This document shows positions 1-10,196 of a DNA stretch of 64,000 nucleotides, one piece after another. This DNA is from a virus (lineage: Duplodnaviria; Caudoviricetes). Under the pieces are notes generated by a model. It was not told the origin of the DNA. It made no database searches and was given only the letters and a program-made list of their open reading frames with translations. The position numbers and the translations under genes are program-made. Numbering within the stretch: position 1 is the first letter of the stretch; each line of letters starts with the position of its first letter. The stretch spans positions 74,607 to 138,606 of IMG/VR virus record IMGVR_UViG_3300021399_000113. The stretch is one strand, 5' to 3'.

Positions 1-2
1 GA

Positions 3-938
3 ACAGATAAACGTTTAGGTGATAACGTACATATTTTAGCATTTGGTGGTTCTCATGCTTATGGTACAAATGTGCCCACCAGTGATATTGATGTGCGTGG
101 AATAGCCTCAAATTCTATTGATGATGTTATTCTCAATAAAGGATTTGAAGAGATTACTGATAACACAACAGATACTGTTATTTATTCTGTTGAGAAGATG
201 TTTAGACTTCTTGCACAGTGTAACCCTAATACCATTGAAATCGTTGGTGTAAAGGACTACCTTAAAGTTGATGAAATCGGAAAGATGATTCTTGATAACA
301 AGAGTATCTTCCTTTCCAATGCTTGCACAAGAACATTTGGTGGATATGCTACACAGCAGTTATATCGTTTAAGACAGAAAACACTCAATGCGCTTGAAGA
401 AGATGAACTTGAGCGTCATATCGCTAAGGTTTTAAATGAGATGGATAAATACATCAAAGAGAACTTTGGCATCTCGGATTATAGGGTTTACTATGACACA
501 GAGCTTAAAATTGATATGCCAGCCGTTAAAGGATTTCCAATGGAAAAACTTTATGATTATCTTAATACTCTCAACTGTGTGGTTAGGGATTATCATAAGC
601 GCTCTGTCAGAAATGAAAAGGCTATTGCCCATAACAAGATTAACAAACATGCTATGCATCTTCTCAGACTGTTTATGATGGAAGAAGATTTACTGCTTAG
701 GGGTGAGGTAATCACCTATCGAGAGAAAGAGCATGACTTGCTTATGGCAATTAGAAATGGAGAGTTTTACGATACTGAAAGTGGACAGATGACAGCAGAA
801 TTCTTCAAATTGTTAGAGGATTATGAGAAGAGAGTTGAATATGCAAAAGAGCACTCAATTCTCCCTAACAAGCCTAACATGAAAGCCATTGATAAGTTAC
901 AGTTGGATATTTTCAATAAAAGGTTGGAGATGAGATGA
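3..938 (+). CDS. Nucleotidyltransferase (RlaP/PF10127-like), 5'-truncated by window edge
   Basis: Frame is open from position 3; GGSHAYGTN..SDIDVRG Pol-beta NTase signature; NPN.IE and KHAMHLLRL motifs. Confidence 0.85.
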   Translation, partial: TDKRLGDNVHILAFGGSHAYGTNVPTSDIDVRGIASNSIDDVILNKGFEEITDNTTDTVIYSVEKMFRLLAQCNPNTIEIVGVKDYLKVDEIGKMILDNKSIFLSNACTRTFGGYATQQLYRLRQKTLNALEEDELERHIAKVLNEMDKYIKENFGISDYRVYYDTELKIDMPAVKGFPMEKLYDYLNTLNCVVRDYHKRSVRNEKAIAHNKINKHAMHLLRLFMMEEDLLLRGEVITYREKEHDLLMAIRNGEFYDTESGQMTAEFFKLLEDYEKRVEYAKEHSILPNKPNMKAIDKLQLDIFNKRLEMR

Positions 939-2263
939 TAACAGAGATAACACCTATCAGCTTATTCTTTAATGTATTAGACCATATAGTTGGTACAAAC
1001 AATAAAAAGAATTACATACAGCAGTATGCTACCGAAGATATAAAATACGTTATGCAGTGGCTATACGATACCAGTATAGTCACTGGCATTTCTGACAGTA
1101 AGTATGACAAAGAGGTTGAAGAGGTTCAGCCTTATAAGACCTTAAAAGAATTGTTCTTATACCTTAGCAAGAGGCATACTGGGAGTGATTATGATATATC
1201 TGTGGTTAAATCCACAGCAAAGCAACTGTGTAAATGTGAGACTGATTTCAAATTCTTTAAATCATTATTAACTAAAAATGTAAAGGTTGGAATTGACAGT
1301 AAGTTAATAAATTCGGTATTTCCGAATTTAATTCCGACCTTTGATGTGATGTTGGCTGATAAATACCTTGATTTAGATGATAAGCAATTAAATAAAGTAT
1401 CTAATAATGGCACAAGGGAATTTGTACTACAAGAAAAGTTGGATGGATTTAGGTGCATTGCTATTAAAGAGGGTGAAAGCGTTAGACTTATTTCCAGACA
1501 AGGTAAGTTGTATGAGAATTTAGTTGATGTAGAATCTGCTATTATCAAGACATTTAAGGGATATGACTGTGTACTTGATGGAGAACTTCTAATATCTAAC
1601 AGAGAGAATATTCCAAGCAAAGAACAGTACAAAGCCACGTCAAAGTTGGTAACCCTTAAAGATGTGGAAATTAAAGGAATTACATATAACGTATTTGATT
1701 TATTACCAATTACTGATTGGCAGAATAAAGTTGGTAATAAACCTTACGATGATAGATACAGCACGTTATGTTCTTATATGGCTAAAAACACCAGCAATGC
1801 CATTAAAATCGTCCCTTGCTTATATCGTGGTAACAATCTCGATGAAGTATTAACAAGGCTTAAAATAGCCAAAGAAATGAACTGGGAAGGGTTAATGCTG
1901 AGGTGGGTAGACTCCCTTTATGAATTTAAACGTAGCAAAGAATTACTAAAAGTTAAGCCCTTTAATGAAATGGATTTAATCATTACTGGGTATGAAGAAG
2001 GAACTAATAAAAACAAAGGAAAACTTGGTGCATTTATATGTGAGGTAGAACACCCTAAATTTGGTCATATTGAAGCCAAAGTAGGTGGTGGATATTCTGA
2101 TGAAGAAAGAGAGAGATTCGCAGAAATCCGTAATGATTTAATTGGAAGAACTATTGAAGTGCAATACTTTGAGGTTACTGAAAATACTACAACACATATT
2201 AAGTCATTAAGATTTCCTGTATATAAATGTATAAAAGACATAGGAGTTGTACCAAACAACTAA
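935..2263 (+). CDS. lig: ATP-dependent DNA ligase
   Basis: QEKLDGFR (KxDG adenylation motif), LDGEL, EGLMLR, LLKVK, C-terminal OB domain with SLRFP. Confidence 0.95.
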   Translation: MITEITPISLFFNVLDHIVGTNNKKNYIQQYATEDIKYVMQWLYDTSIVTGISDSKYDKEVEEVQPYKTLKELFLYLSKRHTGSDYDISVVKSTAKQLCKCETDFKFFKSLLTKNVKVGIDSKLINSVFPNLIPTFDVMLADKYLDLDDKQLNKVSNNGTREFVLQEKLDGFRCIAIKEGESVRLISRQGKLYENLVDVESAIIKTFKGYDCVLDGELLISNRENIPSKEQYKATSKLVTLKDVEIKGITYNVFDLLPITDWQNKVGNKPYDDRYSTLCSYMAKNTSNAIKIVPCLYRGNNLDEVLTRLKIAKEMNWEGLMLRWVDSLYEFKRSKELLKVKPFNEMDLIITGYEEGTNKNKGKLGAFICEVEHPKFGHIEAKVGGGYSDEERERFAEIRNDLIGRTIEVQYFEVTENTTTHIKSLRFPVYKCIKDIGVVPNN

Positions 2264-2273
2264 GGAGCATAAA

Positions 2274-2807
2274 ATGATTTGGATTACGAGTGATTTACAT
2301 CTCTGTCATGACAGAGATTTTATTTATGGAAAGCGTGGTTACAAGAACGTTCAAGAGATGAACCACGATATTGTGAAAAAGTGGGACGCAAAAGTAAAGG
2401 CTGAGGATACTGTCTATGTGCTTGGTGATGTAATGCTGAATGATGATAATACTGGACTTGGTATATTATCATCATTAAAGGGTAAAATACATATCATCAT
2501 AGGTAACCATGATACAGATAACAGAATAACAATGTATAAGCGTTGTTATAATGTAGAAGATGTAGTGTATGCAGACAGAATTAACTACAATGGCTACACC
2601 TTCTTCTTAAGCCACTATCCCACATTAACTGACAATCATGATGTGTCAAGACCATTAGAAAAGTGTGTATTAAATCTTTTTGGTCATACACATTCCACAG
2701 ATAAGTTCTATGAGGGAAATTCTCATATGTACAATGTAGCATGGGATGCTCATCATGATTTGATTTCATTAGACACAATTATCGAAGACATTAAAAATGC
2801 GAGGTAA
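2274..2807 (+). CDS. Calcineurin-like metallophosphoesterase
   Basis: SDLH, LGD, GNHD, SHYP and GHTH motifs; start placed after AAGGAG. Confidence 0.9.
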   Translation: MIWITSDLHLCHDRDFIYGKRGYKNVQEMNHDIVKKWDAKVKAEDTVYVLGDVMLNDDNTGLGILSSLKGKIHIIIGNHDTDNRITMYKRCYNVEDVVYADRINYNGYTFFLSHYPTLTDNHDVSRPLEKCVLNLFGHTHSTDKFYEGNSHMYNVAWDAHHDLISLDTIIEDIKNAR

Positions 2808-2812
2808 CAATT

Positions 2813-4030
2813 TTGGAACTGTACAAGCAAGGTGAACATTATACTTTATATAATGGCAGTATGTTGGAACTTAATAATGTAATAGCGGATAACAGCATTG
2901 ATAGTATTGTCTGTGACCCACCTTATGAATTAGGGTTTATGGGAAAATCTTGGGACAGTTCTGGAATTGCCTTTAATCCAGATACTTGGAAAATTTGCTA
3001 TAATGCTCTGAAAAGCGGTGGGTACTTATTAGCATTTGGTGGAAGTAGAACATATCATAGGATTGCTTGCGCCATTGAGGATGCTGGATTTGAAATAAGA
3101 GACACTATTATGTGGATTTATGGTTCAGGGTTTCCAAAATCTATGAATATAGGGCTTGCTATTGATAAAAAGAATGGTGTAGAAAGTAAGATTAAAGCAC
3201 AGAATGAATGGGATGGCTGGGGGACAACGTTAAAACCAGCATTTGAACCTATAATAGTAGCAAGAAAGCCGTGTGAGGGCAGTACCACAGATAATGTTCT
3301 AAAATATGGTGTGGGTGGTATCAATATTGATGAGTGCAGAATCCCAACAACGGACTATTTATATAATCATGGTAATTCTAAAGGCACTATTAACAGTTTT
3401 TCTGTCGGTAATTTCAAGAAGGCAATTAAAGGAGAAAATGCAAGCACTGAACTTGGTAGATTTCCCGCTAACTTAATCCTCACATATGATGAGTCTGATT
3501 ATGATGAAGTGTGTGGTGGATTTCCTGTTGGTGGTAACGCTGTGTATGATAAGTATAATGGGGTTAAACCTTTTGAGGCTTATGATGACGAAGGCTCTGC
3601 ATCTCGATATTTCTACTGTGCTAAAGCAAGCAAGCGAGATAGAGATGAAGGGCTGGATAGCTTTCCAACACAAACAAAAGTCTTCAATGGAAAGTCTGAT
3701 ATGAGTTCAAAAGATATAAAGGACGTTGAGAAGCGGTTCACGACAGAGGGCAAGAACGTACATCCCACAGTCAAGCCAACTGACCTTATGGAGTACCTTG
3801 TGAGATTAGTGACACCTAAAGGTGGAACTGTTCTTGACCCGTTTAATGGGAGTGGTAGCACTGGCAAAGCCGTATTATATGAAAACCTTGACAGAGATAA
3901 AGATTATAAATATATTGGTATTGAGTTAGAGAGAGAGTACTGTGGAATCAGTGTGGCAAGGCTTGATTATGTCGAACAGCTATTAAAACAGCCCAAGCAA
4001 CTTTCTCTCTTTGATACATTGACAACTTAA
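2813..4030 (+). CDS. DNA amino-methyltransferase (N4-C/N6-A, beta-class motif order)
   Basis: DPPY near the N-terminus; HPTVKP and VLDPFNGSGSTG near the C-terminus. Confidence 0.9.
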   Translation: MELYKQGEHYTLYNGSMLELNNVIADNSIDSIVCDPPYELGFMGKSWDSSGIAFNPDTWKICYNALKSGGYLLAFGGSRTYHRIACAIEDAGFEIRDTIMWIYGSGFPKSMNIGLAIDKKNGVESKIKAQNEWDGWGTTLKPAFEPIIVARKPCEGSTTDNVLKYGVGGINIDECRIPTTDYLYNHGNSKGTINSFSVGNFKKAIKGENASTELGRFPANLILTYDESDYDEVCGGFPVGGNAVYDKYNGVKPFEAYDDEGSASRYFYCAKASKRDRDEGLDSFPTQTKVFNGKSDMSSKDIKDVEKRFTTEGKNVHPTVKPTDLMEYLVRLVTPKGGTVLDPFNGSGSTGKAVLYENLDRDKDYKYIGIELEREYCGISVARLDYVEQLLKQPKQLSLFDTLTT

Positions 4031-4047
4031 TCATTGTATGATATAAT
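4019..4047 (+). promoter_or_regulatory. sigmaA/70-type early promoter
   Basis: TTGACA-17nt-TATAAT with extended -10 TG. Confidence 0.85.
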
Positions 4048-4081
4048 ATATTCATAATCAAGATAACGAGGTGAATGAACA

Positions 4082-4522
4082 ATGAGAGATGCTATGATGC
4101 ATGAGTATGGTGTTAGAAAGCCTTACATTGAGAACTTAAATCTTTTCAAAACAGTCTTGCACAATAAGATTGCCAATAGTTTTTTAAAGGATTATGTAGA
4201 TATAAAGATTACCGATAAGGGAAATGTAATTGTAAATTTCAAACCTTTTACTATTGACCTATCAAAAGATGACTACTACGACAGCAGAAAACAGCAGATA
4301 AATGCTTGCAAGCTGGTATATGTCCTTAATGATATTGACTTTGAATGGCTGTTTGAAAATGCCATTCCGCAAGAAGATGAATTAAGAGATGATGAAATCA
4401 GTCAATTGTATGAGGAATTTGATGACTATCTTGACGAGGCATACAAGGTTGAGTTTGGTTATCAGAATAGTGTGGCTGACCAGATAATTAAAAATTTCTA
4501 TATATACTATGGGGATGAATAA
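4082..4522 (+). CDS. Hypothetical protein
   Basis: ORF with GAGG RBS downstream of a promoter. Confidence 0.7.
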   Translation: MRDAMMHEYGVRKPYIENLNLFKTVLHNKIANSFLKDYVDIKITDKGNVIVNFKPFTIDLSKDDYYDSRKQQINACKLVYVLNDIDFEWLFENAIPQEDELRDDEISQLYEEFDDYLDEAYKVEFGYQNSVADQIIKNFYIYYGDE

Positions 4523-4550
4523 AAGAGAACTTAGGTTCTCTTTTTTTTTT
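4521..4550 (+). terminator. Intrinsic terminator
   Basis: AAAAGAGAAC-TTAG-GTTCTCTTTT hairpin with long T-tract. Confidence 0.8.
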
Positions 4551-4554
4551 GCTA

Positions 4555-4583
4555 TTGACAAATTTATTGTTATGTGCTATTAT
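4555..4583 (+). promoter_or_regulatory. sigmaA/70-type early promoter
   Basis: TTGACA-17-TATTAT with TG extension. Confidence 0.75.
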
Positions 4584-4618
4584 ATTATCACAAAGAAAAT
4601 TTATTGGAGGTAAATATT

Positions 4619-5158
4619 ATGAACTCAACAGAAATTGACCAGCGAATTAGTGAGATTGAAAATTCTTTGAAAAGCCTTAATGGGCAAATAGAGAAATTGA
4701 AGAAAATCAAGGAAGAATTGAAGATGGAACAGGAACGTCTTGATGGTAAACCCTCGATGGGTGAGTTTTACTATTCTATTGATGAAACTGGTTGTATCAG
4801 TGAAAATGTCTGGGGATGTAATCATTGGAATGACAATGATAGATTTAATATAGGAAATGCATTTAAGACATTTGAAGACGCTGAATTTGAGCTTGAGCGT
4901 AGAAAGGTTTATGCACAACTCCGCAGACTGTCTGACACATCTATGGAGAAAGTTGGTAGCAGAAAGAGTCCAGATATTGAAAAGTATACGATTATTGCTA
5001 ATTTAGGCTATACTGGGGGTATAAAGGGCAAAATATACACTTACTTTAATAATACGGATATTGATACAGACATATTTTTTAGCACAGATGCAGACGCTGA
5101 GAGCGCCATTAAAACAATAGGGGAAGATAGACTTCTGAAATATTATTTTAGATTTTAG
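4619..5158 (+). CDS. Hypothetical phage protein (N-terminal coiled coil)
   Basis: ATG after GGAGG; IGNAFKTFEDAE motif typical of Firmicute phage hypotheticals. Confidence 0.7.
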   Translation: MNSTEIDQRISEIENSLKSLNGQIEKLKKIKEELKMEQERLDGKPSMGEFYYSIDETGCISENVWGCNHWNDNDRFNIGNAFKTFEDAEFELERRKVYAQLRRLSDTSMEKVGSRKSPDIEKYTIIANLGYTGGIKGKIYTYFNNTDIDTDIFFSTDADAESAIKTIGEDRLLKYYFRF

Positions 5159-5170
5159 GAGGTAAGTAAA

Positions 5171-5398
5171 ATGGAGATTATCGACAACTCAAATTACAAA
5201 CAGTTGGGTGAACTTGAAACTGGAAGTCTCTTTGAAATTGATGGAGCAATTTATCTTTTAACCGATAATTATGAAGATAAATTTGGTGGTGGAGATAAGT
5301 GGGAATGCATCTCCCTTTCTCATACCTGTGGTTCATCCTACTACTTTGACGATAAGACACTTGTTGTTCCTCGTACTGGTAAACTTATTCTTGTGTGA
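5171..5398 (+). CDS. Hypothetical protein
   Basis: AGGAGG RBS, 75 aa. Confidence 0.7.
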   Translation: MEIIDNSNYKQLGELETGSLFEIDGAIYLLTDNYEDKFGGGDKWECISLSHTCGSSYYFDDKTLVVPRTGKLILV

Positions 5399-5406
5399 GG
5401 TGGATA

Positions 5407-5581
5407 ATGGAAGAATTATTAAAAGAGGCTGATAACCTTTTGGAAATGTTTTGTGATGGATTTTCTGATATGCCTTGTGGGTGTGAGGGATGCCCAATGT
5501 TTACAGGAGAAGAAGAAGAGGGGGTGTGACCTTGCAACATTTCGTAAACAGCTTAAAGAGAAAGAGGTAAAAGGAGCATAA
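5407..5581 (+). pseudogene. Small Cys-containing ORF with apparent +1 frameshift in a G5 run (5520-5524)
   Basis: MEELLKE...CGCEGCPMF...EEEG continues as CDLATFRKQLKEKEVKGA* if one G is removed. Confidence 0.5.
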
Positions 5582-5584
5582 CAA

Positions 5585-6130
5585 ATGAGCAATATTATAA
5601 TTATGATAATTATTTTAATGATTATTAGAGTGAGTGTGATAATCATTCTTGATGCCGATGGAGACCACATTGCCGATGGAGACCACATTAGTGAATTTAC
5701 TAAAGGATATAACAACGGATATAAGAAAGGCAAATACGATGGATATATTGATGGGAAAGACATGGTTCTCCAGCTTATCGACCTTGGGCTGGACAAAAGA
5801 AAAGCGATTTTCAACACTGACAGCGTACAGGAAATTCTGAAGACTTTTGATGTGTTTACTATTAGAAATATGCTTGAAGCTAATAAAGAGTTAAGAGTTG
5901 GAGATATAGTAACGTTCACAAGTAGTAACACACTGTCTGGAAACGCGGTCACCAATAGTGGGGTAATTACAGCTATTGATGAAGGTGCTCACTATATAAC
6001 AACAAAGACTGGATATATTTATGTCGTTTATGCAAGCAAAATACTACGTGTAACGGGTCACTTAACGCAAACTGAGGAATTTTTACGTGCGTTAGATTCT
6101 GCTATTACACATAAGGAGGATGAAAAATGA
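5585..6130 (+). CDS. Hypothetical protein, paralog of 6127-6615
   Basis: Shared GY..GY..GK..L.L..LG...R...F.T.S...IL and VGD.V motifs. Confidence 0.65.
   Translation: MSNIIIMIIILMIIRVSVIIILDADGDHIADGDHISEFTKGYNNGYKKGKYDGYIDGKDMVLQLIDLGLDKRKAIFNTDSVQEILKTFDVFTIRNMLEANKELRVGDIVTFTSSNTLSGNAVTNSGVITAIDEGAHYITTKTGYIYVVYASKILRVTGHLTQTEEFLRALDSAITHKEDEK
5653..5688 (+). repeat. 18-bp tandem duplication (ADGDHI x2)
   Basis: TGCCGATGGAGACCACAT repeated twice. Confidence 0.9.
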
Positions 6131-6615
6131 GTATTGCTAAAGTAAATTTTCCACCATCTGAGGTTACATCAAAAGAGACACAGATATGGAATGATGGATA
6201 TTCTGCTGGGTATTCAGATTGTGAAAATGATGGCAAAGGGGTCATACTTGACCTCCTACATCTTGGAGCAGTAGGAAGGCAGAAAATGTTTCATACTGCT
6301 TCTATAATATCAATTCTGCATGACCTAACATTTGCTGAGATTTCAGAGGCAATTAAAAAGCGGGAAACCCCACCAGAAGTTGGAGATGTGGTGTGTCTTG
6401 TAGAGCATTATACAGCATTAAATGAAGACAAAGCAGTGCGTGGTGTAGTTGTTGGAATCGAAGGAAACCATGAAATCTATTACATTGTAGGTAATAATGG
6501 TAAAACTTACACACGAAATGTTGAAGATATAGCTCGCCTTAAGTGTTCCTTAAAATCGACAGTAGATGGATTTCTTTTTACTGTTGAACAAAACACAAGA
6601 AAAGAAGACATTTAG
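6127..6615 (+). CDS. Hypothetical protein, paralog of 5585-6130
   Basis: AAGGAGG RBS; motifs shared with the upstream ORF. Confidence 0.7.
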   Translation: MSIAKVNFPPSEVTSKETQIWNDGYSAGYSDCENDGKGVILDLLHLGAVGRQKMFHTASIISILHDLTFAEISEAIKKRETPPEVGDVVCLVEHYTALNEDKAVRGVVVGIEGNHEIYYIVGNNGKTYTRNVEDIARLKCSLKSTVDGFLFTVEQNTRKEDI

Positions 6616-6631
6616 TTAGATAGAATATATA

Positions 6632-6660
6632 TTGACAATTATTATTTTTCATGCTATACT
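6632..6660 (+). promoter_or_regulatory. sigmaA/70-type early promoter
   Basis: TTGACA-17-TATACT with TG extension. Confidence 0.8.
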
Positions 6661-6682
6661 ATCATCATCGGAGGTAGATAGC

Positions 6683-6897
6683 ATGAAAAATCTTAAGAAG
6701 ATAAGCAAGGTGAAAGCCAGAACACTTTTCAATAATGGGCAGTCTGTGTACATCAAAGCAAGCAAGTTATGGCTTGACTGTGCTGTTGAGATTTCACCAG
6801 ATGTGAAAACCATTTTGATTCAGCAGTAAACGCTTACGTCTATTATAACTGTAACTCAGAGTGTGGTAAGACTGTTGAATATTATGAGGTGGCTTAA
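6683..6897 (+). pseudogene. Small phage gene with apparent frameshift near 6806-6810
   Basis: MKNLKKISK... continues in another frame as NHFDSAVNAYVYYNCNSECGKTVEYYEVA*. Confidence 0.55.
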
Positions 6898-7098
6898 ATG
6901 ACAAAAGCACAGATTGAAAAGAAGTATGGTGTTCATATTGTGTGGAATCTCTGGAATGAAGAGTACGTGATTTATAGTGCTGATGGCTGTCGCTGGGATT
7001 GCGGATTCCGTACAATCAAGGAATGCGAAAAAGAATGCAAAGAATGGAAAGATGCACTCATAGCTATTAAAAATAAAGAAATTTCAAGAAAGAGGTAA
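6898..7098 (+). CDS. Hypothetical protein
   Basis: GAGGTG RBS, 66 aa. Confidence 0.65.
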   Translation: MTKAQIEKKYGVHIVWNLWNEEYVIYSADGCRWDCGFRTIKECEKECKEWKDALIAIKNKEISRKR

Positions 7099-7430
7099 TG
7101 AATATGAAAAATACAAAAACAATTAAGACACTTTTTACAGCAATGATTATCGTTCCTATTGTAATTCTTCTTCTCACTTCTTTACTCTGTTCAGCCCCTA
7201 TCTCACCTTGCCTTTGGATAATGGGTCAGATTGCAATTGGGGCTATCTGTATGGGTGCGTATAAGACAATAGACAGCTTTGCAGTTAATTCTGTCATTAC
7301 AATCCTTGCTGTACTGCTTTATGTCTACCTTCCTCCCATCTCTATCTTTTTCACAATATATTGGGTGCTTGATTTTATCCCCTTTGTATTGGGTGCTTAT
7401 GTAGGCAACAAGATATTGACAATTAAGTAA
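7098..7430 (+). CDS. Small multi-pass membrane protein
   Basis: About four hydrophobic segments. Confidence 0.7.
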   Translation: MNMKNTKTIKTLFTAMIIVPIVILLLTSLLCSAPISPCLWIMGQIAIGAICMGAYKTIDSFAVNSVITILAVLLYVYLPPISIFFTIYWVLDFIPFVLGAYVGNKILTIK

Positions 7431-7444
7431 TTTGGTGCTATAAT
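7416..7444 (+). promoter_or_regulatory. sigmaA/70-type early promoter
   Basis: TTGACA-17-TATAAT with TG extension. Confidence 0.85.
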
Positions 7445-7470
7445 GTTTTCAGTGAGAACAATTCGGAGGT

Positions 7471-7761
7471 ATGATTATGAAAAAGTATCTTGTTGAAGTA
7501 ACCAACACACCTACTCAGATAAATCATTATACGGACGCTTATGTTCAGAAGTGGATATATGGTAAGGCTGACCACTGCCTCACATCATGGGAATACATTC
7601 ATGTTGGGGATGTTAGCAAGATTAACACCAAGGAACTGCTGGAATATGGTTACAACTCTGAGACGCTTGCTAAGAGATGCTATTCCTACAAAAGCCGAAA
7701 CGACCAGACAAGCGAGTTCTGGACAAAATCAGCAAGAGTAATTGAAGTAGAGGTGGCATAG
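7471..7761 (+). CDS. Hypothetical protein
   Basis: GGAGG RBS downstream of promoter. Confidence 0.7.
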   Translation: MIMKKYLVEVTNTPTQINHYTDAYVQKWIYGKADHCLTSWEYIHVGDVSKINTKELLEYGYNSETLAKRCYSYKSRNDQTSEFWTKSARVIEVEVA

Positions 7762-7941
7762 ATGGACAACCAAATAAATGATATAAGAAGAGATGTAATT
7801 TGCAACTGTGACAACTTCAGATATTATTTAGATTATTTGTACGGAAACAGTTCTAACGAAGAGGTTCGACAGTGCATAGTAACCATTTGGAATCAATTCA
7901 AAGATTTCTTTGATTCGTATGTTAAAGAAATAGAAGACTAA
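7762..7941 (+). CDS. Hypothetical protein (59 aa, below ORF-track cutoff)
   Basis: MDNQINDIRR...KEIED*, GAGGTG RBS, fills the intergenic gap. Confidence 0.55.
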   Translation: MDNQINDIRRDVICNCDNFRYYLDYLYGNSSNEEVRQCIVTIWNQFKDFFDSYVKEIED

Positions 7942-7958
7942 AATATAAGGAGATTATT

Positions 7959-8165
7959 ATGAGCAGAAATGGTGGTAATACAGTAGTTAAGAAATACGGA
8001 TGTGGATTATCTACACTTTTAACAGTGGTATTTGTGGTACTTAAACTGTGCGGTGTAATTTCTTGGTCTTGGTTTTGGGTATTCTTCCCTCTTATTCTTG
8101 ATATTGGGCTGAGCATACTTATTGCTCTTATTGCCGTTATCGTTCTTGCCATTATTACGAGGTGA
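7959..8165 (+). CDS. Small membrane protein
   Basis: LTVVFVVLKLCGVISWSWFWVFFP motif common in phage membrane proteins. Confidence 0.75.
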   Translation: MSRNGGNTVVKKYGCGLSTLLTVVFVVLKLCGVISWSWFWVFFPLILDIGLSILIALIAVIVLAIITR

Positions 8166-8407
8166 GTATGGAGGCTTACAAACTTTTTCAGATACTTCAC
8201 AAAAGAACAGATTACTTTGGGTGGAATGGTCTCTATGATTTTGCACGTAGAACATTACTTCCAGAGGAATATGCTGAAAGGGAAAGGCAAGCACATCAGT
8301 CTTTACTGATGCTAAACACAGCGTTAGGATTTCTCTCAGCACACACTAATAGTGGTATGTCTTGGTTTAATCATGGAATAGGATTTGACGATGACGATTG
8401 GGATTGA
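8162..8407 (+). CDS. Hypothetical protein
   Basis: Coupled ORF. Confidence 0.55.
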   Translation: MSMEAYKLFQILHKRTDYFGWNGLYDFARRTLLPEEYAERERQAHQSLLMLNTALGFLSAHTNSGMSWFNHGIGFDDDDWD

Positions 8408-8660
8408 TTTTAGAAACGCTGACAAAAAGACAATAGATGAAGCCCTTGAAAAACTTATTAGAGGGGAAGTCGTAAGTATCACCCTTAATAATGCAGTTTC
8501 TGCATTATTAGCAGAGATGTATATTGTCAATAAGACCCTTAGCAGAGTGTGGGATTGGGATGACTGGCAAGGCACATTGATTTACAACGATACAGAGTTT
8601 GAAGTTCATGCTTACATGTGGACTGGAGACATCTATATCTTAAGAAAGACAGAGCAGTGA
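8385..8660 (+). CDS. Hypothetical protein
   Basis: Coupled ORF. Confidence 0.6.
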   Translation: MTMTIGIDFRNADKKTIDEALEKLIRGEVVSITLNNAVSALLAEMYIVNKTLSRVWDWDDWQGTLIYNDTEFEVHAYMWTGDIYILRKTEQ

Positions 8661-8851
8661 TGAAAAATTATAATTATGTAAAAATAAATGGAACTGTTAT
8701 AAAGCAGACTCAAAGCCAAGGCTGTGGGTTAAAACACTTCTTGTCCAATCTTTTTAAGCGACCAAAGGACAACATTTCTCAGTTCTCTTCTATCACTGTA
8801 AACAATAATGATGCTCATGTGGTGATTAAAAATGGTGATAAAGAAAAATAA
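8660..8851 (+). CDS. Hypothetical protein
   Basis: TGATG stop/start overlap. Confidence 0.55.
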   Translation: MKNYNYVKINGTVIKQTQSQGCGLKHFLSNLFKRPKDNISQFSSITVNNNDAHVVIKNGDKEK

Positions 8852-9068
8852 ATATGACAAGAGACCCTTCTTTAAGCGTATTTTTGGGTACTGTGATTGC
8901 CCTTGTCATAAAAGGCATTGGTTTGTATATCCAGTAACTGTACGAATGAACACATGTTATGAAAACGAACAAGCAAACTGGGTTACGTGCTGTAAAGAGT
9001 ATTACGATGATTGGGTTGCACCACTGATAGAAGAAATGTGGGCTGAGTATTGGGCAAGTAGGATTTAA
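8832..9068 (+). CDS. Hypothetical Cys-containing protein
   Basis: CDCPC...CC motifs. Confidence 0.6.
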   Translation: MVIKKNKYDKRPFFKRIFGYCDCPCHKRHWFVYPVTVRMNTCYENEQANWVTCCKEYYDDWVAPLIEEMWAEYWASRI

Positions 9069-9070
9069 CT

Positions 9071-9337
9071 ATGGGAAGATTGATGGAAGACCACCTTGAG
9101 TTATACCTTAAAGATAGATATGGATTAAAGGTGTCAATTGAAGAAACAACTACAAGAGAAGAAACTGACCAACTAATACAGTTAGAGGAAGATTTAAGGT
9201 CAGCAAAAACAGCAGTTTGGAAAGAGGATTATTGGGGCACAACTTGTTGTAGTAATTGCAATCAGACCAGCGAAAGACCAGAACCTTATTGTTGTAAGTG
9301 TGGAGCAAGGATGACTGATGTAATAAAGGAGAGATAA
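9071..9337 (+). CDS. Zn-ribbon protein
   Basis: CSNC...YCCKCGARM. Confidence 0.7.
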   Translation: MGRLMEDHLELYLKDRYGLKVSIEETTTREETDQLIQLEEDLRSAKTAVWKEDYWGTTCCSNCNQTSERPEPYCCKCGARMTDVIKER

Positions 9338-9339
9338 GG

Positions 9340-9717
9340 ATGAAGAAATCTATAGTAGCAGATTATGATAGAATGGCTGGATATTCATTGCCAGTATATA
9401 TCTTTATCTGTAAAAATATACAAAGGGCAAGATATTGGCACAATAAAACTTGTGAAAAGTTTAACTACAACTGGATGCAGTGGAAAAATAATGTAGGACT
9501 TATTCAGTTTGCGGATTGTGCCTATTACTTCATAAGTCAATATGGTGCACGAGAATATCTTCGTGATATGCGAAAGTATAACCCCACGATTTATACAGAA
9601 GAGTGTATCTACATCATTTTGGATGATATAGAAAGATTTAGAATAGATGAGCGTGACGATACCACTTACTATAATCTGTGGGTGACAGAGATGGTTGAAA
9701 GAGGGTGGGAAGTATGA
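9340..9717 (+). CDS. Hypothetical protein
   Basis: 125-aa ORF in operon. Confidence 0.6.
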   Translation: MKKSIVADYDRMAGYSLPVYIFICKNIQRARYWHNKTCEKFNYNWMQWKNNVGLIQFADCAYYFISQYGAREYLRDMRKYNPTIYTEECIYIILDDIERFRIDERDDTTYYNLWVTEMVERGWEV

Positions 9718-10196
9718 CACAAGAAGAGGTATTATCAAAAGTTAAAGGTTGTCTTGCAGAGTTATTTCCTGTTGACGAGCATGATGATGTAAATGAGGAT
9801 GTGGAGGAAATAATTAAATCAGTAGAGCCAAAGATAAGGAAGTTGGTGGCGAGGACAAAGACAGCGCATTGGATAGAAGCTGACAGAGGTAAGTTTGTAT
9901 GTAGTAACTGTTTTGAACGCTTCTCTATGTTTGCAGAAGACGGTTCAGTACGAAAATACCATATTTGTCCCGAATGTGGTGCAAGGATGATTTTTACACT
10001 ACAGAAAGAAACAGATAGTGCCAAACCTACGATAATTGATGAGAACGTTAAGGGTGAAATCAATAAGATTCTTGATAAGATTGAAAAGGAAGTTGTCTTG
10101 ACCGATGGTTGGTGGTTTGGAAGAGACCGCATGATAAAGGTAACCAATGTATTTCAGATTATTAACAAGTGTAGAGAAAAAGTTGGGGATAAGTGA
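9714..10196 (+). CDS. Zn-ribbon protein
   Basis: AHW...CSNC...CPECGARM. Confidence 0.7.
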   Translation: MTQEEVLSKVKGCLAELFPVDEHDDVNEDVEEIIKSVEPKIRKLVARTKTAHWIEADRGKFVCSNCFERFSMFAEDGSVRKYHICPECGARMIFTLQKETDSAKPTIIDENVKGEINKILDKIEKEVVLTDGWWFGRDRMIKVTNVFQIINKCREKVGDK